A stretch of 64,000 nt of DNA from IMG/VR virus record IMGVR_UViG_3300036770_008730. The stretch is one strand, 5' to 3'. Source of the DNA: a virus. Its lineage: Duplodnaviria > Caudoviricetes. Position numbers and translations under genes: made by a program. Shown here in pieces: positions 18,872 to 28,213 of this stretch (within the stretch, counting starts at the first letter, position 1; each line of letters begins with the position of its first letter). The notes under the pieces were generated by a model, which saw only the letters and a list, made by a program, of their open reading frames with translations, had not been told where the DNA came from and did no database searches.

Positions 18872-20212
18872 ATGGCTGAAATTAAACCCATCTTCACAGA
18901 AGAATTACAAAAAATTCTAAAAGAATTAGAATCAGAAAATAACTATGTTGCTTTTGAGTTGATGTGGATGTCTGAACCAGATTCTAAATTTCATAACGGA
19001 TTAAGAATATCAAAAGTAGATGTTTCTAAGCAGGATTATTGCTTTGATGTTACTATTGATGGTAAAACACATCCAATGAAAATTGGAAAGTTTATAAGAT
19101 ACTTTTTAGCTAATATTATAAAGGATAATGAGGCTGTTGAATTTTCAAAACTTTATAATAATCTTAAAAAAGGTGAAAAGATACAATCCGGAACTCCTAT
19201 TACTATTGATAAGTTTTCTTACAATCCAAGAGATGTTAAAGCAACTTTTCTTTCTTTGGTTACAAAAACTTATCCTCATGGACATGAAGAAGAAGTATTA
19301 CAATTTTTACCGGGACTTAAAAAAGATCAATTTGGTAACTACTATAAAATAATAGGTAATATACAACCTCAAACTATGTTTACCTCGCATTTAGACACCG
19401 CAGATAGACAGCAAAAAGTTACAAAACTTTTTTCTATGGTTGAAGATGGTGAAGAATATATTTATACTGATGAAAGTACTATATTAGGCGCTGATGATAA
19501 GTCTGGTGTTGTGGTGATGTTATATATGATGACATATAATATACCAGGTCTTTATTATTTCTTTATTGGTGAAGAAAGAGGTGGAATCGGTTCTAATGCA
19601 TTGGCTTCTATTTTTGACCAAATTGATTATTTGAAGAATGTCAAAAGATGTATATCTTTTGATAGAAGAAACTATCACTCTGTTATCACAAGTCAATTAG
19701 GAAGAACTTGTTGTTCTAATGAGTTTGGAAATGCACTTTGTGATGAATATAATAGAAATGGATTAAGTTTATCTTTAGATAATACAGGTATTTACACAGA
19801 TTCTGCATCTTTTATGGATGATATTAGAGAATGTACTAATATATCTGTTGGTTATTTTAATGAACATACTGGAAAAGAATATCAAAATATAACTTACTTA
19901 AAGAATCTTTGTGAAGCTTCTGTTAAGGTTAATTGGAATTCTTTGCCTTCTGTTAGAAAGGCTGGATTAAATGAGGAAGTTATGAAAAAACACAGATTGC
20001 TTATCCAAGATATAAAAAAATCTGTTTTTGACTTAGAAACAAAAATAGTTGGTGAAGAAGGTAGAGTGTTTATCAGAGTTGATTTAGATGAGACTGACGT
20101 TGACGCTATTTCCAATGGCTTAAACATGGTTGATAGTATTCTTACTAAACATAAAATTAACAACAATGATGTAGTATTTACCAATACTTACATGAAAATA
20201 GAATTAAGATAA
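18872..20212 (+). CDS. Zinc aminopeptidase-like protein (M28/M20 clan MH)
   Basis: SHLDT, LGADDKSG, GEERG, SFDR, NEHT metal and catalytic motifs. Confidence 0.75.
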   Translation: MAEIKPIFTEELQKILKELESENNYVAFELMWMSEPDSKFHNGLRISKVDVSKQDYCFDVTIDGKTHPMKIGKFIRYFLANIIKDNEAVEFSKLYNNLKKGEKIQSGTPITIDKFSYNPRDVKATFLSLVTKTYPHGHEEEVLQFLPGLKKDQFGNYYKIIGNIQPQTMFTSHLDTADRQQKVTKLFSMVEDGEEYIYTDESTILGADDKSGVVVMLYMMTYNIPGLYYFFIGEERGGIGSNALASIFDQIDYLKNVKRCISFDRRNYHSVITSQLGRTCCSNEFGNALCDEYNRNGLSLSLDNTGIYTDSASFMDDIRECTNISVGYFNEHTGKEYQNITYLKNLCEASVKVNWNSLPSVRKAGLNEEVMKKHRLLIQDIKKSVFDLETKIVGEEGRVFIRVDLDETDVDAISNGLNMVDSILTKHKINNNDVVFTNTYMKIELR

Positions 20213-20213
20213 T

Positions 20214-20684
20214 ATGAATCTAAAAAAGTTTAATCAATTTGAAAAATACGAAAGTCCTTGGGATGAAGAAGATGAGTCATATTATAACGATGATCAATAT
20301 CTTTTTGGAAGACCATATCATTCAAATAAAGACAAAGGCAAATCTGAAGAAGAAGAGGAGGAAGATGAGTATGAAGATATAGATGATGATCAGAATGAGG
20401 ATATTCAACACTTGATGGATTTATTGAGAACCTATTTTGAAAACCAAGGTGTAGAAGTAGATATAGAAAATAAAGGATTAGATATCACAATATCAACTTA
20501 TCTTAATAAAGTAGAGAAATTAAAAAATATCATTAAAGTTTTTAACATAGTTAAAAAAGTTAAAAAAGATATTTTACCACAATATGAATCTGAGTTTGAA
20601 CTATGGGAAACAAAGGATAAAAGTCCTGTGCTTTATTTTAGTTTTTACTATGAAGGTGATTTCGATGATGAAAAACCATTCTAA
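20214..20684 (+). CDS. Acidic hypothetical protein with capsid-targeting-like N-terminus
   Basis: MNLKKFNQFEKYES start; poly-E/D tract. Confidence 0.55.
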   Translation: MNLKKFNQFEKYESPWDEEDESYYNDDQYLFGRPYHSNKDKGKSEEEEEEDEYEDIDDDQNEDIQHLMDLLRTYFENQGVEVDIENKGLDITISTYLNKVEKLKNIIKVFNIVKKVKKDILPQYESEFELWETKDKSPVLYFSFYYEGDFDDEKPF

Positions 20685-20718
20685 ACTTTTCTTAATTTTT
20701 TAATATTATATATACTTT

Positions 20719-21094
20719 GGGGAAGTGATAGAATAGATTCGCAGAGTGAGATCAATTATGCAGACATCGGTTGGTAAAATATCCGATTAATAAATTAGGT
20801 TACATCTGTCTTAAATGGCAAAACAAATGAAGTAGGAACCCGTGAAGATTTAGTAGCGGCTCTACAAAACAACCTGTTCTTGGTAGAAGAACTAGAGACA
20901 GCTTAACAAAGCATCTCTAAAAAATTCTCCAACTGAATCACAACAGTTCATAAAATAGTGAAACCTGAGTTGTTAGAATGGCGGGTAATTCAACTAACTA
21001 TTTTGTGAGTTTAGAAAAACTTTCTAAGTCTGTGAATGAATAGTTTATTTTAACTGAGGAAGACACCAGGGGCGGTTCCTGGTCTTCTCCACCA
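20719..21094 (+). ncRNA. ssrA: tmRNA (phage-encoded)
   Basis: 5' GGGGAAG pairs with 3' CTTCTCC-ACCA including G3:U; T-arm CCAGG-GGCGGTT-CCTGG; GCAGAC/GTCTGT helix; tag frame TAAAT-GGC...GCT-TAA at 20817-20906. Confidence 0.9.
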
Positions 21095-21098
21095 CATT

Positions 21099-21124
21099 AA
21101 AAGTCCACTTTGGTGGACTTTTTT
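21099..21124 (+). terminator. Intrinsic terminator after tmRNA
   Basis: AAAAGTCCAC-TTTG-GTGGACTTTTTT. Confidence 0.85.
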
Positions 21125-21145
21125 AGTTTAAAACATATAAATTAA

Positions 21146-21628
21146 ATGATAGATAAATTTGACGGTAAATACCGATTCTTAAGTAACTTTTATCCCTGTA
21201 AAATAGAACATCAGGGAATCACTTATCCAAGTGTGGAACATTATTATGTTGCAATGAAAGTCAATGATGAACAACTTATTAATGGTAAATATTACACTCC
21301 TGGTGATTTTAGAGAAATGATAAGTAGAGTAAAAGAAGCTGCCTTAGTTAAAAAAATTGGAAATAAAATTAAATTAAGATCTGACTGGGATAATAAAAAG
21401 TTAGATGTAATGAATTGGGCAATTAGAGAAAAATTCAAAGATGAGAATCTGAAGGAATTGTTACTTGGTACCGGTGATCAGGAACTTATTGAGGGAAATT
21501 TTTGGAAGGACTTTTTCTGGGGAGTTTGTAACGGTAGGGGCCAAAATCATTTAGGTAAAATCTTAATGATAGTTAGAGATGAGATAAGAGGAATCAAAAA
21601 GACTGGATTGGAAGAGTTTCTTAAATAG
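21146..21628 (+). CDS. NADAR (YbiA-like) family protein
   Basis: FLSNFYP..YPSVEHYY..LIEGNFWKDFFWG..GQNHLGKILM motifs. Confidence 0.85.
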   Translation: MIDKFDGKYRFLSNFYPCKIEHQGITYPSVEHYYVAMKVNDEQLINGKYYTPGDFREMISRVKEAALVKKIGNKIKLRSDWDNKKLDVMNWAIREKFKDENLKELLLGTGDQELIEGNFWKDFFWGVCNGRGQNHLGKILMIVRDEIRGIKKTGLEEFLK

Positions 21629-21677
21629 AAACTTTATTACTATTGTATGATATAAATAAAAATTAAAATTAAATAAA

Positions 21678-22622
21678 ATGGCGGCAATAAGTTATTTTGG
21701 AGGCAAAAGCTCAAATGTATTCATAGAATTCATTAATAAAAAAATACCTAAAACAGGAATAAAGACCTATTTAGAACCATTCTCTGGTTCAATGGGAACA
21801 TATATGGATGATGATAATCTTAAGTTTGATATTGTTATCTATAATGATAAAAATCGCCACCAGGTTAACCTATATAAGTGTTGTTCACAACCTGATAAGT
21901 TCTTACCTTATTTAGATAATCTAAAAAAGACATTATTATATACAACAGAAACAGATCCATTGAAAAAATGGGACTTCTACAAAAAAATTTATAAAGATTA
22001 TCAAAAGAATAATTTCCTAGATGATATGAATTTTGAAATTGGTGATTTTGAGAAAGCTTCAATTTATGCTTTTCTTATCACATCTGCTCATAATTCTGTT
22101 TATCCTCGTGGTGCGGGATTCAATGGGTATAAAAAAGATAAAGATAAACTTAAATTAGAAGTCCTTATTGATAAATTAAAGAAGAATAAATATACTTCAA
22201 AACTTCAGTCTATTACTGATTTCTTTAATGAAGATTTTGAATCTCTTATTAAGAGATATGATTCGGAAGATACTTACATATATTTAGATCCTCCGTATGC
22301 TAGATTTGATGATAAAAAGGGAGAAGATGATGCTAAAAGATTATTCTGGTATGGCGCTGATGCTGATGGTGTATTTGGACCAGCTTCTCATAGAAGACTT
22401 TTGGAGTTAATTAAAACAACAAAATCTCGTTGGTCACTTTCTTATTATTATTTTCCTTTATTGGAAGAATTATTACCGAAAGACAAATATATTTGGACTG
22501 AAAAAGAGGTATTTAGAAGTTCTGCTCAAGGTGGTAATAATGCTGATACCAAAAAAGAACAATCCAAAGGTGTTGAACTTTTAATTTTGAATTATGATCC
22601 ACAGACCGGTAAAAAATTATAA
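21678..22622 (+). CDS. DNA adenine methyltransferase (D12/Dam class)
   Basis: YFGGK, YLEPFSG and YLDPPY motifs; target sequence cannot be read from the sequence. Confidence 0.8.
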   Translation: MAAISYFGGKSSNVFIEFINKKIPKTGIKTYLEPFSGSMGTYMDDDNLKFDIVIYNDKNRHQVNLYKCCSQPDKFLPYLDNLKKTLLYTTETDPLKKWDFYKKIYKDYQKNNFLDDMNFEIGDFEKASIYAFLITSAHNSVYPRGAGFNGYKKDKDKLKLEVLIDKLKKNKYTSKLQSITDFFNEDFESLIKRYDSEDTYIYLDPPYARFDDKKGEDDAKRLFWYGADADGVFGPASHRRLLELIKTTKSRWSLSYYYFPLLEELLPKDKYIWTEKEVFRSSAQGGNNADTKKEQSKGVELLILNYDPQTGKKL

Positions 22623-22624
22623 TC

Positions 22625-22846
22625 ATGTCCTATAACACATTTCAAATAAATAATGGATCTGGTTCAAATTCATTGTCTGTTGATCCATCTGGTTTAGTAG
22701 TAATTTCGAATTTAGCTTTAATTGATGAAAAAACCGGTAATAAATGGTTAATTAAAATAGTTGATGGTGAATTGACTATTGTTCCAGTTGAGTTAGAAGA
22801 TAAAAGGAATTTTAAAATTAATTCATTGTTAAATGGTGGTATCTGA
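22625..22846 (+). CDS. Small hypothetical protein
   Basis: 73-aa ORF coupled between neighbours. Confidence 0.5.
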   Translation: MSYNTFQINNGSGSNSLSVDPSGLVVISNLALIDEKTGNKWLIKIVDGELTIVPVELEDKRNFKINSLLNGGI

Positions 22847-23216
22847 TAAACTTGATGAAATATTTAAATTGGGATTCTGGATTACTATAAATTGGAAAGA
22901 GGAATTTGGTATTTACTATAATGCTAATGATGTTTTTCCAGCTACGGCTTACTCAATTAGAATAATGGATTGTTCTTATTATACAAGTAAAACTAATCCT
23001 TATAGTTTTGAAAAAATGATTGAGGTTTGTTGTGATATGTTTTTCAATTGGTATAACAAAAATTTAAGTGTTATTAACGATTTTGACAAAAATTATAATA
23101 AGGACTCGATGTCTAAGTTAGAAGATGTTTGTTTAGGTGATGTTACTAAAGTTGTTGCTAGAGAACTTAATTTGGAAGATGTACTTAAAGTTATTATTCG
23201 TCACTATCCAGATTAA
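22833..23216 (+). CDS. Hypothetical protein
   Basis: 127-aa ORF overlapping the upstream stop. Confidence 0.5.
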   Translation: MVVSDKLDEIFKLGFWITINWKEEFGIYYNANDVFPATAYSIRIMDCSYYTSKTNPYSFEKMIEVCCDMFFNWYNKNLSVINDFDKNYNKDSMSKLEDVCLGDVTKVVARELNLEDVLKVIIRHYPD

Positions 23217-23220
23217 GAAT

Positions 23221-23898
23221 TTATAAATTTCTTCTTATTCTCATTATATGATTTTTGAGAGCATCATATTTACCATTAATATCTTTTTGAATATTGTATA
23301 GGTCTTCTAAAATAACTTTTTGCATTTCTTGATCTCTTTGCTTACTTGTTTCTATTTTAGTTTTCCAGATATCAAATAATTTTTTAGGATCATATTTATT
23401 TGTTGGATGTGCTGAAATGAGAAACTTTGGTAGCATATACATAGATATTTTATGTGCAAATATTATTTTTGATGCATCAAATTCCATAAGTGCATATTCA
23501 AATCCTATCGATTTTAATTCACTATACACCCCATCAAATGTTGCCTTTATAAAGTTATTTTTTTCATAATCCTTCTCTGATATAAACTTATCAAAGAATA
23601 GTATTCTTACTTCCAGTGGAATAAAATTAAGATTCACCCCAAAGAAAATAATTTTATCAGATACTTTTCTATAGTCAACTATAAATACCGGTGAGTTTCT
23701 CATCCAATTTGATTCATTAACACAGGTGAGGTGATAAAATCCTCCAGATTTAATATTTGCAATTCTCACATTTTGCACATCATCTGATGATTTTGAATAC
23801 ATTCCAACCAATTCAATTGAGTTTTTTTTGAAATTTTCTGCAAGTCCATCGCCATTAACAAGTAATTTCAAAGCTGTTTTTTCTATTAAATATCCCAT
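23221..23898 (-). CDS. DNA end protector-like protein (T4 gp2-like)
   Basis: FFGVNLNFIPLEVR resembles the gp2 GxNLHYLP..R motif; adjacent to the gp4-like gene. Confidence 0.5.
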   Translation of the reverse strand: MGYLIEKTALKLLVNGDGLAENFKKNSIELVGMYSKSSDDVQNVRIANIKSGGFYHLTCVNESNWMRNSPVFIVDYRKVSDKIIFFGVNLNFIPLEVRILFFDKFISEKDYEKNNFIKATFDGVYSELKSIGFEYALMEFDASKIIFAHKISMYMLPKFLISAHPTNKYDPKKLFDIWKTKIETSKQRDQEMQKVILEDLYNIQKDINGKYDALKNHIMRIRRNL

Positions 23899-23941
23899 AA
23901 ACTATATATTTAGAAAAACATTACAGATAAATATATAATCT

Positions 23942-24469
23942 ATGATAAACTCTAAGCCAAATAATTCAAATTACCATCAAGGTAATTATATACCAAAAAA
24001 TAAAGATAAAGTCATCAAATTAAATAATTATGGTGGTGTTCACTTCAGGTCTTCTTGGGAAAAGAAAATTATGACCTGGCTTGATTACAATACTTCTATC
24101 ACAAAATGGGGATCTGAATGTTTACGGATACCTTATCAAATGACACATTTTGATAATGGTGATACAAAAATTAAAGAACATTCTTATTATCCGGACTTTT
24201 ACTATGAGATGAGACTTCCGGATGGTAGTTTAAGACAGGTTGTAGTTGAGGTTAAGCCAATGAAAGAGTATAAAATGGTTCAGAGTCTAAATGAAGGTAG
24301 TTTACAAGTTCCTCAGAATGGTGCGAAAAAACTTAAGAACTTTGAATACGACTTAAAGATGGCTTATAAGAACAAGCAAAAATGGGAAACAATGATAAAC
24401 TGGTGTAATAAAAAGGGTTACGATTTTATCATCATAACAGAGGAACATCTTAAAAAGTTCAACTTATAA
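23942..24469 (+). CDS. gp4: Head completion nuclease (T4 gp4-like, TnsA-type)
   Basis: FRSSWE..WLD..KWGSE..IPY..YYPDF..VEVKP motifs. Confidence 0.8.
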   Translation: MINSKPNNSNYHQGNYIPKNKDKVIKLNNYGGVHFRSSWEKKIMTWLDYNTSITKWGSECLRIPYQMTHFDNGDTKIKEHSYYPDFYYEMRLPDGSLRQVVVEVKPMKEYKMVQSLNEGSLQVPQNGAKKLKNFEYDLKMAYKNKQKWETMINWCNKKGYDFIIITEEHLKKFNL

Positions 24470-24806
24470 TAAATTTTATAACAAAAATTGTTAGAATTAA
24501 TGCCGATGATATCAATGGTAAAAAGTTTTCGTAATAAATGAAAAACTTTCTACTAATGTGATAAATTGGAAATTGTAAAATTTTAATTAAAAATAAAATC
24601 CAGAAAAACAAGCTCATAGTTGAAAAAAGACCTATGATTATACTCAACCAATAGATAATTCGTATAAAATAAAAAAGTCTATCTATCTTGGTTAGTGACT
24701 CAATTGGTCTAAGTTTGAAATTAGAATCTAATTTTTTTTTGTTTTTTATATAATAGATTTCACTCCAGATAAAAACCAATAAAAATATATAAAATATTGA
24801 TGTCAT
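24459..24806 (-). CDS. Small membrane protein (about 3 TM segments)
   Basis: Hydrophobic segments at the N-terminus, middle and C-terminus. Confidence 0.5.
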   Translation of the reverse strand: MTSIFYIFLLVFIWSEIYYIKNKKKLDSNFKLRPIESLTKIDRLFYFIRIIYWLSIIIGLFSTMSLFFWILFLIKILQFPIYHISRKFFIYYENFLPLISSALILTIFVIKFIIS

Positions 24807-25114
24807 TTTGTTATTAGCTCTTCAAATTTTATTAAATTATTTAATTCTACTTGTGATAGTTTGATATTTTTTTCAACAATTAATTTTTGATAAACCTCAT
24901 CTTCAACAAATGCTTCTATAGACTGCCCCACTATTCTTTCGTAACGATCAGGTATTTCTTTTCCAATTCTTATACTATAAATATTTTCTATGTATTTATC
25001 TTTTTCAATGGAATCAATGTGAATTGTACATCCGTCTGGAATTGGATTACTTCCCTTAATTGATTCTTCCCAAAGTTGTAAGATGACTTTATTCATTTTT
25101 ATAATTTTATGCAT
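24803..25114 (-). CDS. Hypothetical protein
   Basis: 103-aa ORF with upstream AAACTTT-N12-ATATAA. Confidence 0.5.
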   Translation of the reverse strand: MHKIIKMNKVILQLWEESIKGSNPIPDGCTIHIDSIEKDKYIENIYSIRIGKEIPDRYERIVGQSIEAFVEDEVYQKLIVEKNIKLSQVELNNLIKFEELITK

Positions 25115-25174
25115 ATTTTATATTAATTTTTCAACAAAGTTTATTTCAATTTATAAAATAAAAAAAAACAACTT

Positions 25175-26311
25175 ATGAAAATTAAACTTGAATACATTTG
25201 GTTAGATGGATCTAATCCCCAACAATTGCGAAGCAAAACTAAAATAACAAATCAACAGCATGGATTGGATGCAACAAAATATGATATCTGGTCTTTTGAT
25301 GGTAGCTCAACAAATCAGGCTAAATCCGGTAAAGGAAAAAATACAGATTGTTTACTAAAACCAGTTTTTGTATCTGATGATCCATTCAGAGGAAGTCCAC
25401 ATAAATTGGTCCTTTGTGAGGTTCTTACTCCAGAAGGAAATCCACATCCTTCAAATCACAGAAGATCATTAGAAGCACTTTTAAACGAGTTGAATCTTGG
25501 AGGTGCAGATAAGTTTGCAGGAACTGATTGGTCAAATATATATGAATCCTTCAAAAAAGATTCGCCTTGGTTTGGATGGGAACAAGAATATACACTAACT
25601 CATAAACCAAATTCACCATTTTCGGCTGGTATTGGAATTCCTTTAGGATTCTCATCAGACTATCACAATCCTATTAAGACACCTCGTCCTCAAGGCGATT
25701 ATTATTGTGGTGTGGGTGCTGATACGGTTGTAGGTAGAGAAATCGTTGAGGAGCATATGGATAAATGTATAGAAATTGGTCTATGTATTTCTGGAATTAA
25801 TGCTGAGGTGTTATTAGGTCAATGGGAATATCAAATTGGACCGGTTACTGCATTGAACGGATCTGATCAATTATGGATATCTCGATATATTCTTCAGAGA
25901 GTCGCTGAAAAGCACAATATAAATGTGTCTTTGCATCCAAAACCAATTAAAGGAGATTGGAACGGAACTGGTTGTCATGTCAATTTCTCAACAAAAGAAA
26001 TGAGAGAAAAAGGTGGTTTATCTTTAATAAAAGAAACTATGGAAAAACTTAAAGAAAATCATAGAAATCATATCGAAGTTTATGGTCTACATAATGAAGA
26101 AAGATTGACTGGTGAACACGAGACCTCTGGTATTAATGATTTTAGCTTTGGATTTTCAACTCGTGATACTTCTATACGTATACCAGCTCAATCAATTATT
26201 GATGAAAGAGGATATTTTGAAGACAGGAGACCAGCCTCAAACTGCGATCCATATTTAGTTGCAGCTAGAATGTTAAAAACTGTTTACTCTGAAGTAAATC
26301 AAGAGGCTTAA
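25175..26311 (+). CDS. glnII: Glutamine synthetase type II
   Basis: KLEYIWLDG, WSFDGSST, WFGWEQEY, SGINAEV..QWEYQIGP, HPKP..WNGTGCH, ERLTGEHET, YFEDRRP. Confidence 0.9.
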   Translation: MKIKLEYIWLDGSNPQQLRSKTKITNQQHGLDATKYDIWSFDGSSTNQAKSGKGKNTDCLLKPVFVSDDPFRGSPHKLVLCEVLTPEGNPHPSNHRRSLEALLNELNLGGADKFAGTDWSNIYESFKKDSPWFGWEQEYTLTHKPNSPFSAGIGIPLGFSSDYHNPIKTPRPQGDYYCGVGADTVVGREIVEEHMDKCIEIGLCISGINAEVLLGQWEYQIGPVTALNGSDQLWISRYILQRVAEKHNINVSLHPKPIKGDWNGTGCHVNFSTKEMREKGGLSLIKETMEKLKENHRNHIEVYGLHNEERLTGEHETSGINDFSFGFSTRDTSIRIPAQSIIDERGYFEDRRPASNCDPYLVAARMLKTVYSEVNQEA

Positions 26312-26317
26312 AAAAAT

Positions 26318-26345
26318 AAACCCACTCAATTTGAGTGGGTTTTTT
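26318..26345. terminator. Bidirectional terminator
   Basis: AAACCCACTCAA-T-TTGAGTGGGTTTTTT between convergent genes. Confidence 0.8.
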
Positions 26346-26365
26346 AATATATTTTCTATTATTGA

Positions 26366-26731
26366 TTATAAAGAGTGAAGACCTTGTCCGTCATTACTTC
26401 CTTCTATTGATATCAACCTTATTAAGTGTTCATTGTCTCCTTTTTTCTTGTATATTTCGTTATATCCTTTAGCAATTCCTCTTTTGAAGACCTCGGTAAA
26501 ATAGGCAAAAGCATTTACTGATTTTTCCTCATTAAAATTATACCAATTTTGGAACATATCTAAAAGACCTGACTGGTAGCAATCTAACTTATCATCATTT
26601 GACCAGTATCTCATTTTTTTGATTGTTTTTTTAGCTAGTAATTCTAGCATTTTTTCTGCGTTTCTTGTAAGTTTTCCCTGTGCTTTAGACACTATGACCT
26701 CGACGTAGAGGTCCTTATTATTTAAGTAAAT
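26366..26731 (-). CDS. gp55: Late-transcription sigma factor (T4 gp55-like); likely true start upstream of the listed GTG, at a non-canonical codon near 26731
   Basis: FNEEKSVNAFAYFTEV matches gp55 NPFAYFTQI; in-frame upstream YLNNKDLY matches the gp55 YVNNKELY N-terminus. Confidence 0.75.
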   Translation of the reverse strand: MYLNNKDLYVEVIVSKAQGKLTRNAEKMLELLAKKTIKKMRYWSNDDKLDCYQSGLLDMFQNWYNFNEEKSVNAFAYFTEVFKRGIAKGYNEIYKKKGDNEHLIRLISIEGSNDGQGLHSL

Positions 26732-26834
26732 AGGCGTTGGATTATTTTTTGAATAAAAAACAATTTTTGTTTCATATTTTTAACTTTTAATTCGTTTCAT
26801 GTTATAGATTTTACTAATTAAAAAGTTTTAAAAT

Positions 26835-26860
26835 AAAAAACCCTCCAGTGGAGGGTTTTT
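26835..26860 (-). terminator. Intrinsic terminator after ORF 26864..28147
   Basis: AAAAACCCTCCA-G-TGGAGGGTTTTT. Confidence 0.75.
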
Positions 26861-26863
26861 AGA

Positions 26864-28147
26864 TTAGTATTTTATTCTTTCTTTGTATTGAAGTTCTTTA
26901 ATTGCTTTTAGTTCAGCATCTAAATTTGATTTTCTTTTCTCAAGATTACTCAGAGCTGTTTTTAATACATTTGATTCTCCAATCATTTGTATTGAACCTT
27001 TAACTTTTTCAATGTTGAATTCAACATCCTCAAGTTTCAAAGTTACTTCTCTTTCTTTATCTTCTAATTTTCTTTTCACGATTAATTCTTTTCCTAGTTT
27101 ATTTTCGTAGAAAAAAGTTAAGTCGTAATTCAATTCGTTTCTTACTTCATTAACCAATTCAATAGCTGATTCGTATTTGAAGAATGAGTTACCATATCTT
27201 TCATCACATCTATAAACAAAAGTGTTATTTTTGTAATTGAATGCAAAAACTTCTAAATAAGGATTTATAAGGTTGTTAACTTTTTTAACAACATCTAACT
27301 CAACAAACTTATCAATATTTTTATTAACTTCTAAAAGGATTGGATAAAAGTTCTTATTTACAATTGGAACAATTGGAGAAGAGAATAAACTTTCTAAAGT
27401 TGTTTCCTCATTCATTTCGTCATCATTTATGAAAATTGAACCTTTTTTGCTAACTGAAAGACCAATAGTCAAATATTCAGAAATTCTGAAATTTACTCTA
27501 TCTTCATTGATTGTTGCATATTTCATAGCTGACTCTAACATTCTCATCGTTCTTAAGTCTTCTTCAGATTTAATGTTATTTTCTAATAATGTTTTTTCTA
27601 TGATATTTTCAGTTAAAAGAAACCAAGAATCTTTCACTAAGGCGATGTGTCCATTTTCAACTTGCTCTACTATAGTAAAAACTGACTCACCTTTACCACC
27701 ACTTAATAGATTTGTTCTTTGTTCAGGTGATTTAGTTAGATTATGAACAAATAATTTTACCTCTGGAACCCAATCATAAATAGCTAATTCATTCAGAATC
27801 TTAGACATTCTGTCTTGGTCATTCTCTAAATTAATTGTCTGAAGTAATACATTTATTGGCTGTCTATATAATTCTCCTTGATTTTTGGTATTAAGAACGC
27901 TGTATAAATTCTTCAATTCATATAGAAGTTCGTAATTTTTCATATCATCATTCAAATTTTCCAACAGCTTTTTAACACTCTTATCATAAGAGTAAGCTTT
28001 TAATCTTTCATTAAGTGAACCGATAATTGCTTTTTCGGGTAATTCGTTGCAAGCATTCATATGTCCTTCAATTACATAAGCAATTTCTTCTTGTTCAAGA
28101 GACAGATTTTTCTTGAAATTATAGAGTTCAAGTTTAAGATTCTTCAT
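26864..28147 (-). CDS. Hypothetical coiled-coil protein (late gene)
   Basis: 427-aa ORF; AATATATA upstream at 28178-28185; C-terminal heptads. Confidence 0.6.
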   Translation of the reverse strand: MKNLKLELYNFKKNLSLEQEEIAYVIEGHMNACNELPEKAIIGSLNERLKAYSYDKSVKKLLENLNDDMKNYELLYELKNLYSVLNTKNQGELYRQPINVLLQTINLENDQDRMSKILNELAIYDWVPEVKLFVHNLTKSPEQRTNLLSGGKGESVFTIVEQVENGHIALVKDSWFLLTENIIEKTLLENNIKSEEDLRTMRMLESAMKYATINEDRVNFRISEYLTIGLSVSKKGSIFINDDEMNEETTLESLFSSPIVPIVNKNFYPILLEVNKNIDKFVELDVVKKVNNLINPYLEVFAFNYKNNTFVYRCDERYGNSFFKYESAIELVNEVRNELNYDLTFFYENKLGKELIVKRKLEDKEREVTLKLEDVEFNIEKVKGSIQMIGESNVLKTALSNLEKRKSNLDAELKAIKELQYKERIKY

Positions 28148-28213
28148 ATTTTTAAAGTAATTTTTTTTCTTATGGTATATATATTATTAAATAAAACTCA
28201 TTTTTTACCATTT

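Noticed and set aside
20719-21094. tRNA gene at the CCA end
   Set aside because: The acceptor halves are about 360 nt apart with an internal tag frame, so it is tmRNA; no tRNA was found in the window
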